From Oligoflexales bacterium (GTDB lineage Bacteria > Bdellovibrionota_B > Oligoflexia > Oligoflexales > Bog-1112): a stretch of DNA of 64,000 bases. A program made the position numbers and the translations under genes. Numbering within the stretch: position 1 is the first letter of the stretch; each line of letters starts with the position of its first letter. The stretch is from NCBI GenBank assembly GCA_045106415.1, contig JBGCEP010000010.1, positions 32,001-96,000 of the forward strand. The letters run 5' to 3'. Of this stretch, positions 49,486 to 58,994 are shown piece after piece. The notes beneath the pieces were generated by a model, which worked only from the letters and a program-made list of their open reading frames with translations, did no database searches and had not been told where the DNA came from.

Positions 49486-51543
49486 ATGGGTAAAAAAGTA
49501 GCTGTGCTTGGTGGTGGCATCGGAGCATTAACAGCAGCATTAGAGCTTGCTGAATCGGGTCAAAATTATGATATCACGGTTTATCAGCCAGGTTGGAGGT
49601 TGGGTGGTAAAGGTGCTAGTGGTCGAAATATGAGTGAAGATATGTCATGTCGTATTGAAGAGCATGGTTTGCATGTATGGTCAGGTCTTTATGATAATGC
49701 TTTTAGGGTCATTCGTAAGTGTTATGGAGCTATGGACCGGCCTAAAGATGCGCCCTTAGCAACTTGGAGAGATGCGTTTAAAGAGTCTAATCAAATGGTA
49801 ATGTGGGAAGACTATAAAGGTAAATACAGTTCATGGGTTTTGAACACACCTCAAAATGGCGCTCTCCCAGGTGAAGAAGATGCTCAACCACTTCTTTCAC
49901 TTTCTGAGTATGTAAATCAGATTATTAAATATTTATTTAGCCAAGCGTTAGATTGTCAGAAGTGGAAATATGAAATGTCTACGCGATCTTTTTTAAGTAT
50001 CGTGATGTGGTATGTGGGATCAAGAGCGTTATGGTTCCTTTCTGGAATTATTTTATTTCTTATGAATATATTAAGGCATTTCAGATTTGTGAGAGGTCTC
50101 ACAAATATGCTTTTAGCTGTGTATAAAAAAAGTTTATGGTGTGTTGTTAAAAATAAAATGGATGATGAAAAAGTAAGGAGATCTTGGATTACTGTAAACT
50201 TTGGTTGCGGTAATATTCGAGGAATGTTGAAAGATGATATTTTGGGTCGAGGGTTTGATGTTATTAATAACCAAGATTATTTAGATTGGGTAAAACAACA
50301 TCTTGTTGATGATGGTGGTTTGACTGCAAATTCACCTTTTGGGACCTTTATTTATGACGCACAGTTTTCATATGTTGGAGGTGATTTAAAGAAGCCGAAA
50401 TTTGCAGCCGGTTATGCATTAATGACAATTGTGCGGATGGCTTTAACTTTTAAAGGCTCTCTTATATGGAAAATGCAAGCAGGGATGGGTGATGTTGTTT
50501 TCACACCATTGTATGAGGCTTTGAAGAAAAAAGGTGTGAAATTTCAGTTCTTTTATCAAGCGAGATCTTTGCATTTATCAAGTGATAAAAAAAATGTTGA
50601 GAGTATAACAATTGCTAAGCAAGCGCACCTCGTTAGTGGTCTTGCTGAGTATCAACCGCTTGTTGATATCAAAGGGTTGCCGTGTTGGCCTAGCACTCCT
50701 TTGAATGATCAAATTGAAGAGCGATACCCTGAAGATTGGGATCCTGATTCTTTGAAGATCGATTATGCAGATACTTTTCAGCTGAAAAAGGGTGAAGATT
50801 TTGATGAAATTGTATTGGGAATACCAGTTGCTTGTTTGGGCGATCTGTGCCAGGAGCTTGTTCAAGAGAATCAAAAATGGAAAGATATGACAACGAAACT
50901 TGTTACTGTCGGAACACAAGCTTTGCAGCTCTGGTTCAAAAAAACCGGCGATGAGATGGATTTTGTAAGCCAAGAACAACCCATTACAGTGACGTATCAT
51001 ACAAGCCCATTAAACACTTTTGCTGATATGAGTTATTTAACAAAAGAAGAAGGGTGGCCAGCTCGTGGTGAAAAGTATCCACAGAGTTTATTTTATCTTT
51101 GTGGCCCTATGAGAGACGATGAAGATTATAAAGAAACGGCCAAACATTTATGCTCTAACCTTATGGAACCGCTGCTTCCAAGTGGTGTGAACCCACCGAA
51201 AACACCAGGGGCGCCTCTGGATTGGGAAAATTTAGTAGATAACCAAACTCCTGAAGCACAGGGTGAAAAAAGGTTAGAAAGTCAGTATCTTCGAGGCAAC
51301 ACAACTCCGTCACAAAGATTTACTCTTACTTTGCCAAATGCCTCTAAGTATAGAATTAAGCCAGGAGAGTCAGGATTTGCAAACCTGTTTCTTGCTGGTG
51401 ACTGGACGGATAATAGTTTTAATGTTGCTAATATAGAGTCAACAGTTATGTCAGGTATGCTTGCTTCTAACGCAATGTGTGGCTATCCAGAAAAAGAAAA
51501 AATAACAGGTCTAAATTTTGGTCGAGCTGATCATAAGCTATAG
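49486..51543 (+). CDS. FAD/NAD(P)-binding oxidoreductase (carotenoid desaturase/amine oxidase-like)
   Basis: VAVLGGGIGAL.AA, RLGGK..SGR, EEHGLHVW.G.Y.NAF, LFLAGDWT, E..V.SG. Confidence 0.85.
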   Translation: MGKKVAVLGGGIGALTAALELAESGQNYDITVYQPGWRLGGKGASGRNMSEDMSCRIEEHGLHVWSGLYDNAFRVIRKCYGAMDRPKDAPLATWRDAFKESNQMVMWEDYKGKYSSWVLNTPQNGALPGEEDAQPLLSLSEYVNQIIKYLFSQALDCQKWKYEMSTRSFLSIVMWYVGSRALWFLSGIILFLMNILRHFRFVRGLTNMLLAVYKKSLWCVVKNKMDDEKVRRSWITVNFGCGNIRGMLKDDILGRGFDVINNQDYLDWVKQHLVDDGGLTANSPFGTFIYDAQFSYVGGDLKKPKFAAGYALMTIVRMALTFKGSLIWKMQAGMGDVVFTPLYEALKKKGVKFQFFYQARSLHLSSDKKNVESITIAKQAHLVSGLAEYQPLVDIKGLPCWPSTPLNDQIEERYPEDWDPDSLKIDYADTFQLKKGEDFDEIVLGIPVACLGDLCQELVQENQKWKDMTTKLVTVGTQALQLWFKKTGDEMDFVSQEQPITVTYHTSPLNTFADMSYLTKEEGWPARGEKYPQSLFYLCGPMRDDEDYKETAKHLCSNLMEPLLPSGVNPPKTPGAPLDWENLVDNQTPEAQGEKRLESQYLRGNTTPSQRFTLTLPNASKYRIKPGESGFANLFLAGDWTDNSFNVANIESTVMSGMLASNAMCGYPEKEKITGLNFGRADHKL

Positions 51544-51552
51544 TTTTTATTG

Positions 51553-51598
51553 ATGCACGGCTCTTTTGGGGGGCCATGCATATCATGCCTTTTTTTAG
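51553..51598 (+). terminator. Probable terminator after the oxidoreductase
   Basis: Imperfect stem ATGCAcGGCTC...GGGCCaTGCAT with a downstream T-run. Confidence 0.45.
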
Positions 51599-51712
51599 AT
51601 CCTTAAACCCTTGTAAATATTATGAAAATAAAAAAGAGTATGTATTGGCTTATGTGAAACTCTGATGTTCCGATATGTAGCTTCGAAGAGCCACGGGTTT
51701 TAGGAGTTTTTT

Positions 51713-53650
51713 GTGAAATTTCACAATTTTCAATATTCTTTTTTCTTTTTATTTATTTTCTCTTGTGCAAAACCCCAAGAAAAAATTGAACGTAAACAAG
51801 CTGTTAATAAACTCCTTGTTGCAGGTAGGAGCACACCAGATACCTACCTTTCTCAACCACAGCTTAATCTTGACTCTAAAAAATTGTGGCAGCATTTCTC
51901 ACAAATAGACCCTATTCAGTGCGCTGAAAAAAACTTAATAGAAAAAGCTGTAAGCCATATACAAATTAAAGGTGATTTGAAACCTTCTGAGAAATTTATG
52001 ACATGGGTTGACGATCGATTTGCTGTCTTAGTGTGGCGTGTGGAAAGAGACGGCATTGAGATTCGAGATGCGTATGTAGAAGCAACTTTTTACCGTAAAG
52101 GTGATAGATGCTTTTTAAGAGAGATTGCTGATCATAGTTTATCAAGTATGAATATTGTGACGAAGACAGCGCCAGTACACGATGATTTCTCAGGTGTGAC
52201 AGCTTCTGATTTTAAACTTATGAGTTCACGTGTGATTTACTTTGCTACAAATAAAGGTCTTCAAGAAGCTCGAGAGTGGAAAGCAAGTAAGGATGATGAA
52301 ATTTTAACTGTTACAGCCGTTGGGCTTGAGTTGGAAGATGTTAAAGAAGCTTTTAATAATCATTTCCATGCTGAAAGAACCGTTTATATGGAGGCTTATA
52401 AAGACAACTATTTAGAAGCGACCCCCACAAGATTTATAGCACCTTTTTTGTCTATGGGAGACGGCCTCTTTACCGATGGTGATGGAGTCATCGAAGATGG
52501 GAACCTTGTTGAGCTCAGAGGAGAGAGGGTGACGATCGTTGACCCTAATGGAAACGTTGTTCAGGTTCAAGGAGAAGAGCAGGCTGACGGATCTTTATTA
52601 GTTGCTATGGCGCCACCTTTAGATTCTGAGCTGCATACTTATGTCGGTTTGAATAGAATGGCGCGTTTTGCCTTGAGGCACTTAAAAACGTCTGACTCAT
52701 CGTTGTTATCTCGATCTATTCAGGTCACCCCCAAAAGAGCTGATGCGAATGGCTGTAATGCTTTTTATTCAAGTGGTGGAAATCCATCGACGGGATTTTT
52801 AGTGTTTTTTGCACAAAGTGCACTGTGTGTAAATACAGCCCTCCTCATGGATGTTATAGCGCATGAGTGGTGCCATGCTTTGCATGATGCAACAGGACAG
52901 CCAGGAATTCAGGATAGCGCGGCATCTGAGGGGCTTGCAGATACATGTGCATCTTATCTATTGGGAAGACCAGAGATGGCGAGAGGTTTCTTTATTGGTA
53001 ATGATGCCCCTATCCGTGAGGTGAGTACAGATAGGATTTATCCTGGAGATGTTCCAGCCGATAGGCAGGTTCATACCGAAGGTCTTATTATTGGAAGCAC
53101 TTTTTGGAGCTTGCGTGAAGCGATGGTAGAGAAGTATGGCCCCACACAAGGAGCTTATGTGGCTGAAAAACTGTTTTTTCAACACTTACTGACTACGAAT
53201 ACTTATTTAGACGCATATAGAGGAGTGCTCCGTGTTGATGATGATGACGGAGATCCTATGACGCAGAGTCCTAATCATTGTCTGATTACTGACGTTTTCT
53301 TGAAACATGGTTTAGCTGAAGAAAACGATCTTCCTGATGGTTGTGATGACTCTGGAATAGTGACACCTATACCTGTTCATGATGACTTAAAAGTTTCAAT
53401 GGAAAGTAAAGATGACGGAATTTTATTCCATGTGGCGGGAGCTGAAGTGGCAGAGGTTGTTATCTGTGCAGGTGAAGAAGTGTGTGAGAAAAAAGATGGT
53501 GTTTTGATGATAACCTCGGGAAAAAAAGAAAATTTAGACTTTTTCTTGTATGAAGGTGACCGTTTAGCCCCAGGGTCATTCGTGACCTTTGTGACGTATG
53601 GATATTATGGTGATAAAAAAATGAAAACAATGAAGGTTGTGAGTAAATAG
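51713..53650 (+). CDS. Zinc metalloprotease lipoprotein (M4/M36 thermolysin/fungalysin-like)
   Basis: Lipobox IFS-C. CNAFY, HEWCH, SEGLAD, VHTEG. Confidence 0.85.
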   Translation: MKFHNFQYSFFFLFIFSCAKPQEKIERKQAVNKLLVAGRSTPDTYLSQPQLNLDSKKLWQHFSQIDPIQCAEKNLIEKAVSHIQIKGDLKPSEKFMTWVDDRFAVLVWRVERDGIEIRDAYVEATFYRKGDRCFLREIADHSLSSMNIVTKTAPVHDDFSGVTASDFKLMSSRVIYFATNKGLQEAREWKASKDDEILTVTAVGLELEDVKEAFNNHFHAERTVYMEAYKDNYLEATPTRFIAPFLSMGDGLFTDGDGVIEDGNLVELRGERVTIVDPNGNVVQVQGEEQADGSLLVAMAPPLDSELHTYVGLNRMARFALRHLKTSDSSLLSRSIQVTPKRADANGCNAFYSSGGNPSTGFLVFFAQSALCVNTALLMDVIAHEWCHALHDATGQPGIQDSAASEGLADTCASYLLGRPEMARGFFIGNDAPIREVSTDRIYPGDVPADRQVHTEGLIIGSTFWSLREAMVEKYGPTQGAYVAEKLFFQHLLTTNTYLDAYRGVLRVDDDDGDPMTQSPNHCLITDVFLKHGLAEENDLPDGCDDSGIVTPIPVHDDLKVSMESKDDGILFHVAGAEVAEVVICAGEEVCEKKDGVLMITSGKKENLDFFLYEGDRLAPGSFVTFVTYGYYGDKKMKTMKVVSK

Positions 53651-53653
53651 CTC

Positions 53654-54445
53654 GTGGAAAGGGCAGATATGTTAAAAAAAATATTACTCTTAATGTCTTC
53701 TTTTACATTTGCTTTTTGTGAAAACACTCGTAATCAGAGTGCGGGTTTTGGAAGTCAGTCTGGTGTGGAGATATCAGGCGAGTGGGGAGAGGATCAAGGT
53801 GAAAATGAAAATGACGATAAATCTTCAAACTACGCAAAAAAGAAGAAGAGCTCTAAACAATCGAAATCCTTTACTCTGACTGAGTGTGAATTAAACTTAT
53901 CGCTAGCGAGCTCCTGGCAAGGTTTAAGTCTTTCTCTTGATGTTGATGGTGAAGAAGGTGATCTATGCGAAGCGCTACGGAAGACAGAGAAAAGATCTGC
54001 AGTGGTTTATTTTCTGGATGAGGATTGTGAGGGGTGCGAGCAGGAAATACGTAATATTTATCTTGCTATTCAGAGAAACGATTTTCGTGAAGATATCGGC
54101 TTTATTGTGATTGGTCATGATGAAAAAGAATCAAAATTTATTGAGGATCAAGCGCCAGGTAGTGTGTTTGCTATTGACTTAAAGCAAAGTTTTTTGAAAT
54201 CGATACCAGACGATATTCAAGACGATAGAGACGATGAACGTTTCCCTTTACTGTTAGGCTTAAACGGTGATCTAGAGTATAAATTTGTACATATGGATAC
54301 ATATCTTGAGGTTGTTGATGAAACTGTTGAGTTGCTTCAAGATTTTGATAGTGATGTTGAGAGTGATCCTATTGAAACAAAAACATCCTGGGACGGCGAC
54401 AAACACCAAGGGACAGGTCTTCTTGATGTGATACCTGTTCATTAA
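53654..54445 (+). CDS. Exported acidic protein with a thioredoxin-like CxxC
   Basis: Signal-like N-terminus and VVYFLDEDCEGCEQEI. Starts 3 bp after the protease stop. Confidence 0.55.
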   Translation: MERADMLKKILLLMSSFTFAFCENTRNQSAGFGSQSGVEISGEWGEDQGENENDDKSSNYAKKKKSSKQSKSFTLTECELNLSLASSWQGLSLSLDVDGEEGDLCEALRKTEKRSAVVYFLDEDCEGCEQEIRNIYLAIQRNDFREDIGFIVIGHDEKESKFIEDQAPGSVFAIDLKQSFLKSIPDDIQDDRDDERFPLLLGLNGDLEYKFVHMDTYLEVVDETVELLQDFDSDVESDPIETKTSWDGDKHQGTGLLDVIPVH

Positions 54446-54524
54446 TGAACAGATGGCTGTTTTGCTCTTGTGAGAGGTTCCTGTAGAATGGAAGCACACA
54501 TCATTAAATTTATGATCGGAGTGC

Positions 54525-54935
54525 TTGTTGGAAGAGTCGCAGAGCTTTCTATGTATTGTTGATGACGACCCTGATACGTGTCAGCTGTTGGCTGAGCAAA
54601 TCGAGTCAGATTTATATGAAACTAAAATATTTACATGCCCTCGAGAAGGACTTGCGTTTCTTGCGCAGCATAAGCCTTTTGGAATCATTCTTGATTATTA
54701 TATGCCTGTGATGAACGGTAGTGAGTTTTGTGCTGAGGCGCAGAAACTTGGAGTCGAGCAGGGGTGCGTTGTGATGATGTCAAGTTGGCCTCCTGAGAGT
54801 GGTCGTATCCCTGAAGGTATAGAGAAGACGGTGCGTTACTTTTTGGAGAAGCCTGATGCTTTAGAGAGGCTTCCCCTCATAGTCTCACAGTTGTATGATG
54901 AGAGGTATGGCGGTTCTAAGGAACCTCCTTCTTAG
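54525..54935 (+). CDS. Single-domain response regulator
   Basis: IVDDD, ILDYYMPVMNG, MMSS, LEKP. Confidence 0.9.
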   Translation: MLEESQSFLCIVDDDPDTCQLLAEQIESDLYETKIFTCPREGLAFLAQHKPFGIILDYYMPVMNGSEFCAEAQKLGVEQGCVVMMSSWPPESGRIPEGIEKTVRYFLEKPDALERLPLIVSQLYDERYGGSKEPPS

Positions 54936-55024
54936 ATCCTTGAAATTTGATTGCAGTTTTCAAAAATCTTGATTAGAATACGATCGAATCCAAAAGTAAT
55001 GAACTGAATGTGTTGGGAAACATT

Positions 55025-56752
55025 ATGTCGGGACAGGATCATCATGAATTGTCGTTTTGGGAAAAGTATGTCTTTTCAACTGACCACAAAACGATAGGTA
55101 TTCAGTACGGAATTACAGCTCTTCTCTTTATGTTGGCTGGTTTTGGTTTAATGTTGCTCATGAGGTGGCAACTTGCTTATCCTTTTGAAGCAATTCCTGC
55201 TTTCAAATCGATGTTCAGCTTTGATCGGATGCCTGATGGTGTGATGACAGGGGAGTTTTATAATGGGTTGGGTGCTATGCACGGAACCATTATGATTTTT
55301 CTTGGTGTTGTGCCGATGGGAGTTGGAGCTTTAGGGAATTATGTTCTTCCGTTGCAAATTGGTGCGGTCGATATGGCTTTTCCTAAAATTAACATGATGA
55401 GCTACCACAGTTATTTCTGGGGTGGCGTTCTTATGTTGTTAAGTTTCCTTGCTCCTGGAGGACCAGCAAATACTGGTTGGACAGCGTATCCGCCTCTTTC
55501 TGTTCTTTCTGAGACTTCCGGTCAGACAATGTGGCTATTCTCGATGGTGTTTTTAATTACGTCTTCACTTCTTGGTTCGTTAAACTTTATTGTTACAACG
55601 GTTCAGCTTCGAGCTAAAGGTATGTCTTATTTTAGAATGCCAATCTTTGTTTGGGCACAGCTCGTGACTTCTTTCTTGCTTTTATTGGCGTTTCCTCCTC
55701 TTGAAGCAGCTGCTGTACTTCAGCTGATGGACCGTCTTGCGGGAACAAGTTTCTTTATGGCAAGTGGGCTGTATGTTGGTGGTGAGGCTATTGGTTATGC
55801 TGGTGGCGGGAGCGCTCTTCTTTATCAGCACCTTTTCTGGTTTCTTGGGCACCCTGAAGTTTATGTTTTAATTTTACCGGCCCTAGGAACAGTGGCTGAA
55901 ATTATTGCTGTGAATACAAGAAAACCTTTATATGGCTATACTTCTCTTGTTTATTCAATGATTTTTCTTGGGTTCATGTCGATGATTGTATGGGCGCATC
56001 ATATGTATATGACGGGTATGGGCTCTATTATGAGCGCTTTCTTTCAAACAACAACTATGATTATTTCTGTGCCTTCAGTCGTTATTCTGGCTTGTATGAT
56101 GCTCTCCCTTTGGGGAGGAAGTATTCGTTTTAACACCCCAATGCTTTTTGCCTTAGGCTTCTTACCAATGTTTGGTATTGGTGGTTTAACGGGCTTGCCT
56201 CTGGGTTTAGCTGCAACAGATATTACTTTGCACGATACTTATTATGTGATTGGCCACTTTCATTATGTTGTAGCTCCAGGGACAATCTTCGCACTCTTTG
56301 CCGCCGTGTACTTTTGGTACCCTAAAGCTACAGGTCGTATGATGAATGAATTTTGGGGAAAGATTCATTTTTTTGGGTCTTTTGTTTGCATGAATTTGAT
56401 TTTCTTTCCGATGCTGATTCAAGGTTTAGCAGGGATGAATCGCCGTGTTTATGATGGTGGAGCGATGTACCAATTTAATGCAGAAGTTCTTCATCTTAAC
56501 TATTGGATTTTAGTCGGTGGTCTTGGTTTAGCTGTTTTTCAGATTCCGTTTATTTTGAATTTTTTCCTTTCAATAAAACGTGGACAAAAAGTTGGCGCTA
56601 ACCCTTGGGATGCAACAACTATTGAGTGGGCAGATGCTCCTTCCCCACCACCACACGGAAACTTTTTGAAAGAAATTGTTGTTCACCGAGGCCCTTATGA
56701 GTACAGCGTGCCAGGTGATGATCGTGATTATATTCCACAAACACAGGCTTGA
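55025..56752 (+). CDS. ctaD: Cytochrome c oxidase subunit I (A1 type)
   Basis: STDHK.IG, HGTIM, GWTAYPPL, FWFLGHPEVY, WAHHM, HDTY.V..HFH. Confidence 0.95.
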   Translation: MSGQDHHELSFWEKYVFSTDHKTIGIQYGITALLFMLAGFGLMLLMRWQLAYPFEAIPAFKSMFSFDRMPDGVMTGEFYNGLGAMHGTIMIFLGVVPMGVGALGNYVLPLQIGAVDMAFPKINMMSYHSYFWGGVLMLLSFLAPGGPANTGWTAYPPLSVLSETSGQTMWLFSMVFLITSSLLGSLNFIVTTVQLRAKGMSYFRMPIFVWAQLVTSFLLLLAFPPLEAAAVLQLMDRLAGTSFFMASGLYVGGEAIGYAGGGSALLYQHLFWFLGHPEVYVLILPALGTVAEIIAVNTRKPLYGYTSLVYSMIFLGFMSMIVWAHHMYMTGMGSIMSAFFQTTTMIISVPSVVILACMMLSLWGGSIRFNTPMLFALGFLPMFGIGGLTGLPLGLAATDITLHDTYYVIGHFHYVVAPGTIFALFAAVYFWYPKATGRMMNEFWGKIHFFGSFVCMNLIFFPMLIQGLAGMNRRVYDGGAMYQFNAEVLHLNYWILVGGLGLAVFQIPFILNFFLSIKRGQKVGANPWDATTIEWADAPSPPPHGNFLKEIVVHRGPYEYSVPGDDRDYIPQTQA

Positions 56753-57360
56753 GGGGGTGTTCGGTGAGTGTTGTTATTCCTTATGTAAGTACTCCGCGGC
56801 CTGATACTGGGGTTACAAATGCAAAATTGGGTATTTGGCTGTTTCTTTTATCAGAAGTGATGCTTTTTGGTGGTTTGTTTTCCGCTTATATTTTATTGAG
56901 AGTCGGAGCTGATGTTTGGCCAGAAGGGGTTGAGGTGCTTAACGTACCTATTGCAACTGTAAACACGCTTGTCCTTATTATTTCAAGTGTTACGGTTGTG
57001 TTAGGGTGGGCAGCTCTGGTTGAAAAAAACTTTAAGCTCTACCGTATCTATATGATTGTCACTTTATTATGTGGCGTTGCTTTTATGATTAATAAAAGTA
57101 TTGAATATGCGAGTAAGTTTTCTCACGGAATATCTCCTGCGACGGATAATTTTTACGGAATCTACTTTACTATTACCGGACTTCATGGTTTGCACGTTTT
57201 AGGTGGAATGTTAGCTCTTGCCTGGTTAGCGTGGCCTGGTAGTAAAATGTGGGAGACTGATCCAGAGCGTTTTACGGGGCGTGTAGAATGTGCAGGGTTG
57301 TTTTGGCACTTAGTGGATTTAGTCTGGATTGTTGTGTTTCCTGTTCTGTATTTGATTTAA
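56749..57360 (+). CDS. ctaE: Cytochrome c oxidase subunit III
   Basis: FLLSEVMLF, TGLHGLHV, FWHLVD.VW. Probable GTG start at 56764. Confidence 0.92.
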   Translation: MRGCSVSVVIPYVSTPRPDTGVTNAKLGIWLFLLSEVMLFGGLFSAYILLRVGADVWPEGVEVLNVPIATVNTLVLIISSVTVVLGWAALVEKNFKLYRIYMIVTLLCGVAFMINKSIEYASKFSHGISPATDNFYGIYFTITGLHGLHVLGGMLALAWLAWPGSKMWETDPERFTGRVECAGLFWHLVDLVWIVVFPVLYLI

Positions 57361-57366
57361 GTCAAA

Positions 57367-57675
57367 GTGGGGTTCAAAATGGCTGGTGCCGATGGTTTGC
57401 AAGAATATAAAAAAGCTTGTTTTGTTGTTTTTGGTTGCCTTATGGTGCTTACGGTTTTGACGGTTGCTGTTGCGTATATCAAAATGCAAACACAGCTCGC
57501 AATTGCTGTTGCTTTGTGTATCGCTGGAGCTAAAATGACTTTAGTTCTTGGTTGGTTTATGCACTTAGTGTCTGAGAAAGCGATTATCCGCTATTCATTA
57601 GCTATGACTTTTTTCTTCTTTATTTTTTTACTTCTACTGCCAGTGATAAACGATACGCATTTAATTGGATCGTAG
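57367..57675 (+). CDS. Cytochrome c oxidase subunit IV family protein
   Basis: L..LT..TV, IA..K..LV...FMHL. Confidence 0.88.
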   Translation: MGFKMAGADGLQEYKKACFVVFGCLMVLTVLTVAVAYIKMQTQLAIAVALCIAGAKMTLVLGWFMHLVSEKAIIRYSLAMTFFFFIFLLLLPVINDTHLIGS

Positions 57676-57690
57676 GATGAAGAGGTTGTT

Positions 57691-57918
57691 ATGTCTTTAA
57701 GAATATTTCATATTGTTTTTATTTTAAGCTCCATCATACTCCTTGGTGGATATACTTATTGGTCAGCTGTCGCTTACACTGAAGTCGATAATGTGTTCTA
57801 CCTTGTTTCAGCAGCAGGCTCTGTTTTTGGCTGTGTTTTGCTAGCTTTTTATTTAAAGACAGCGATAGAAAAAGCAGGGCAGGAGGTCAAAAAATGGCGG
57901 CAAGTCTTAGCAGGCTGA
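57691..57918 (+). CDS. Small 2-TM hypothetical protein in the cox operon
   Basis: MSLRIFHIVFI..., RBS GAGG, operon position. Confidence 0.7.
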   Translation: MSLRIFHIVFILSSIILLGGYTYWSAVAYTEVDNVFYLVSAAGSVFGCVLLAFYLKTAIEKAGQEVKKWRQVLAG

Positions 57919-58148
57919 TTTTGTCTTTTTTACTTCTAAGTAGTACACCTCTTTTCAGTTGCCCAACTTGTATGTCAGCTGGTGGAGAAGCAGTTAAGGG
58001 TTTGTTTTGGTCAATGCTGGCTTTATTTTTAACTGTTTTATTTGTTCTGTGTGGATTGGCGGGTTATTTTTTGTTTTTAAAAAATCAAGCGACAGCTCAT
58101 GCAGCCAAAGAGAGCAGTCTTTATTTAAACAAACGTGAAGGAGAGTGA
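57894..58148 (+). CDS. Small CxxC membrane protein in the cox operon
   Basis: Signal peptide, CPTC, one TM helix, RBS GGAGG. Confidence 0.7.
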   Translation: MAASLSRLILSFLLLSSTPLFSCPTCMSAGGEAVKGLFWSMLALFLTVLFVLCGLAGYFLFLKNQATAHAAKESSLYLNKREGE

Positions 58149-58151
58149 ATC

Positions 58152-58952
58152 GTGACGGCTAACATGAAGGAGTTTTTAGGCTTTCGTTTATTGCCTGAGG
58201 TGGCATCAGCTCACGGTGATCATCTCGACGATATCATGCTTTATCTTCATATTTTAATGATAGTTTTGGCTGTGGGTTGGGGGCTTTATCTTATTGTTGC
58301 TCTCTTTAAATTCCGAGCTGGACGTGGTCATAAAGCAGATTATCACGGAGTGCAGTCTTCGGTTGCAAAATATATCGAAATCGGTGTTGTTGTTATTGAG
58401 GTTGTTTTGCTTCTTTGTTTTTCTATCCCTTTTTGGGGAAAGTGGGTAGATGCAGAACAACAGATGACAAACACCGAAGAAGAGAATGCCACTGTCGTTC
58501 GTGTTGTTGCGCAACAGTTTCAGTGGAATTTTCATTATGCTGGTCCTGACGGTAAATTTGGTATGGTCAGCCCTGATTTTTACGATAAAAACCCTGTAGG
58601 ATTAGATCCTGAAGATCCGTGGGGTGCTGATAATTTTATCACGCAGCATGAGATGCACGTGCCTGTTGGCCGGCGTGTTGTTGCTTATATTACATCACGA
58701 GATGTGATTCATGGGTTCGGAGTTCCTGCTATGAGAGTGAAGCAAGATGCAACACCAGGTGTGAATGTCCCTATTTCCTGGATCCCAACTAAAGAAGGTG
58801 TTTATGAGATTGCTTGTTCTCAATTATGCGGAGCCGGGCACGGTTTGATGAGAGGTGTGCTTGTCGTTCATAGCGAGGATGACTATAAAGCCTGGTTGGC
58901 ACAGCAGTACGATAAAGATGATGTTGAGCGTATGTTTGCAGGAAATAAATAA
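58152..58952 (+). CDS. ctaC: Cytochrome c oxidase subunit II
   Basis: Two TM segments, QQFQW, DVIHGF, CuA motif CSQLCGAGHGLM. Confidence 0.93.
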   Translation: MTANMKEFLGFRLLPEVASAHGDHLDDIMLYLHILMIVLAVGWGLYLIVALFKFRAGRGHKADYHGVQSSVAKYIEIGVVVIEVVLLLCFSIPFWGKWVDAEQQMTNTEEENATVVRVVAQQFQWNFHYAGPDGKFGMVSPDFYDKNPVGLDPEDPWGADNFITQHEMHVPVGRRVVAYITSRDVIHGFGVPAMRVKQDATPGVNVPISWIPTKEGVYEIACSQLCGAGHGLMRGVLVVHSEDDYKAWLAQQYDKDDVERMFAGNK

Positions 58953-58994
58953 CGACTGATTGACAAATAGGTCTTGTAAGAAGGAGCCAAAGAA

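Noticed and set aside
47427..51543. Standard carotenoid biosynthesis cluster
   Set aside because: No crtE, crtB or canonical crtI is present, and an ADC-like gene is not part of known crt clusters.
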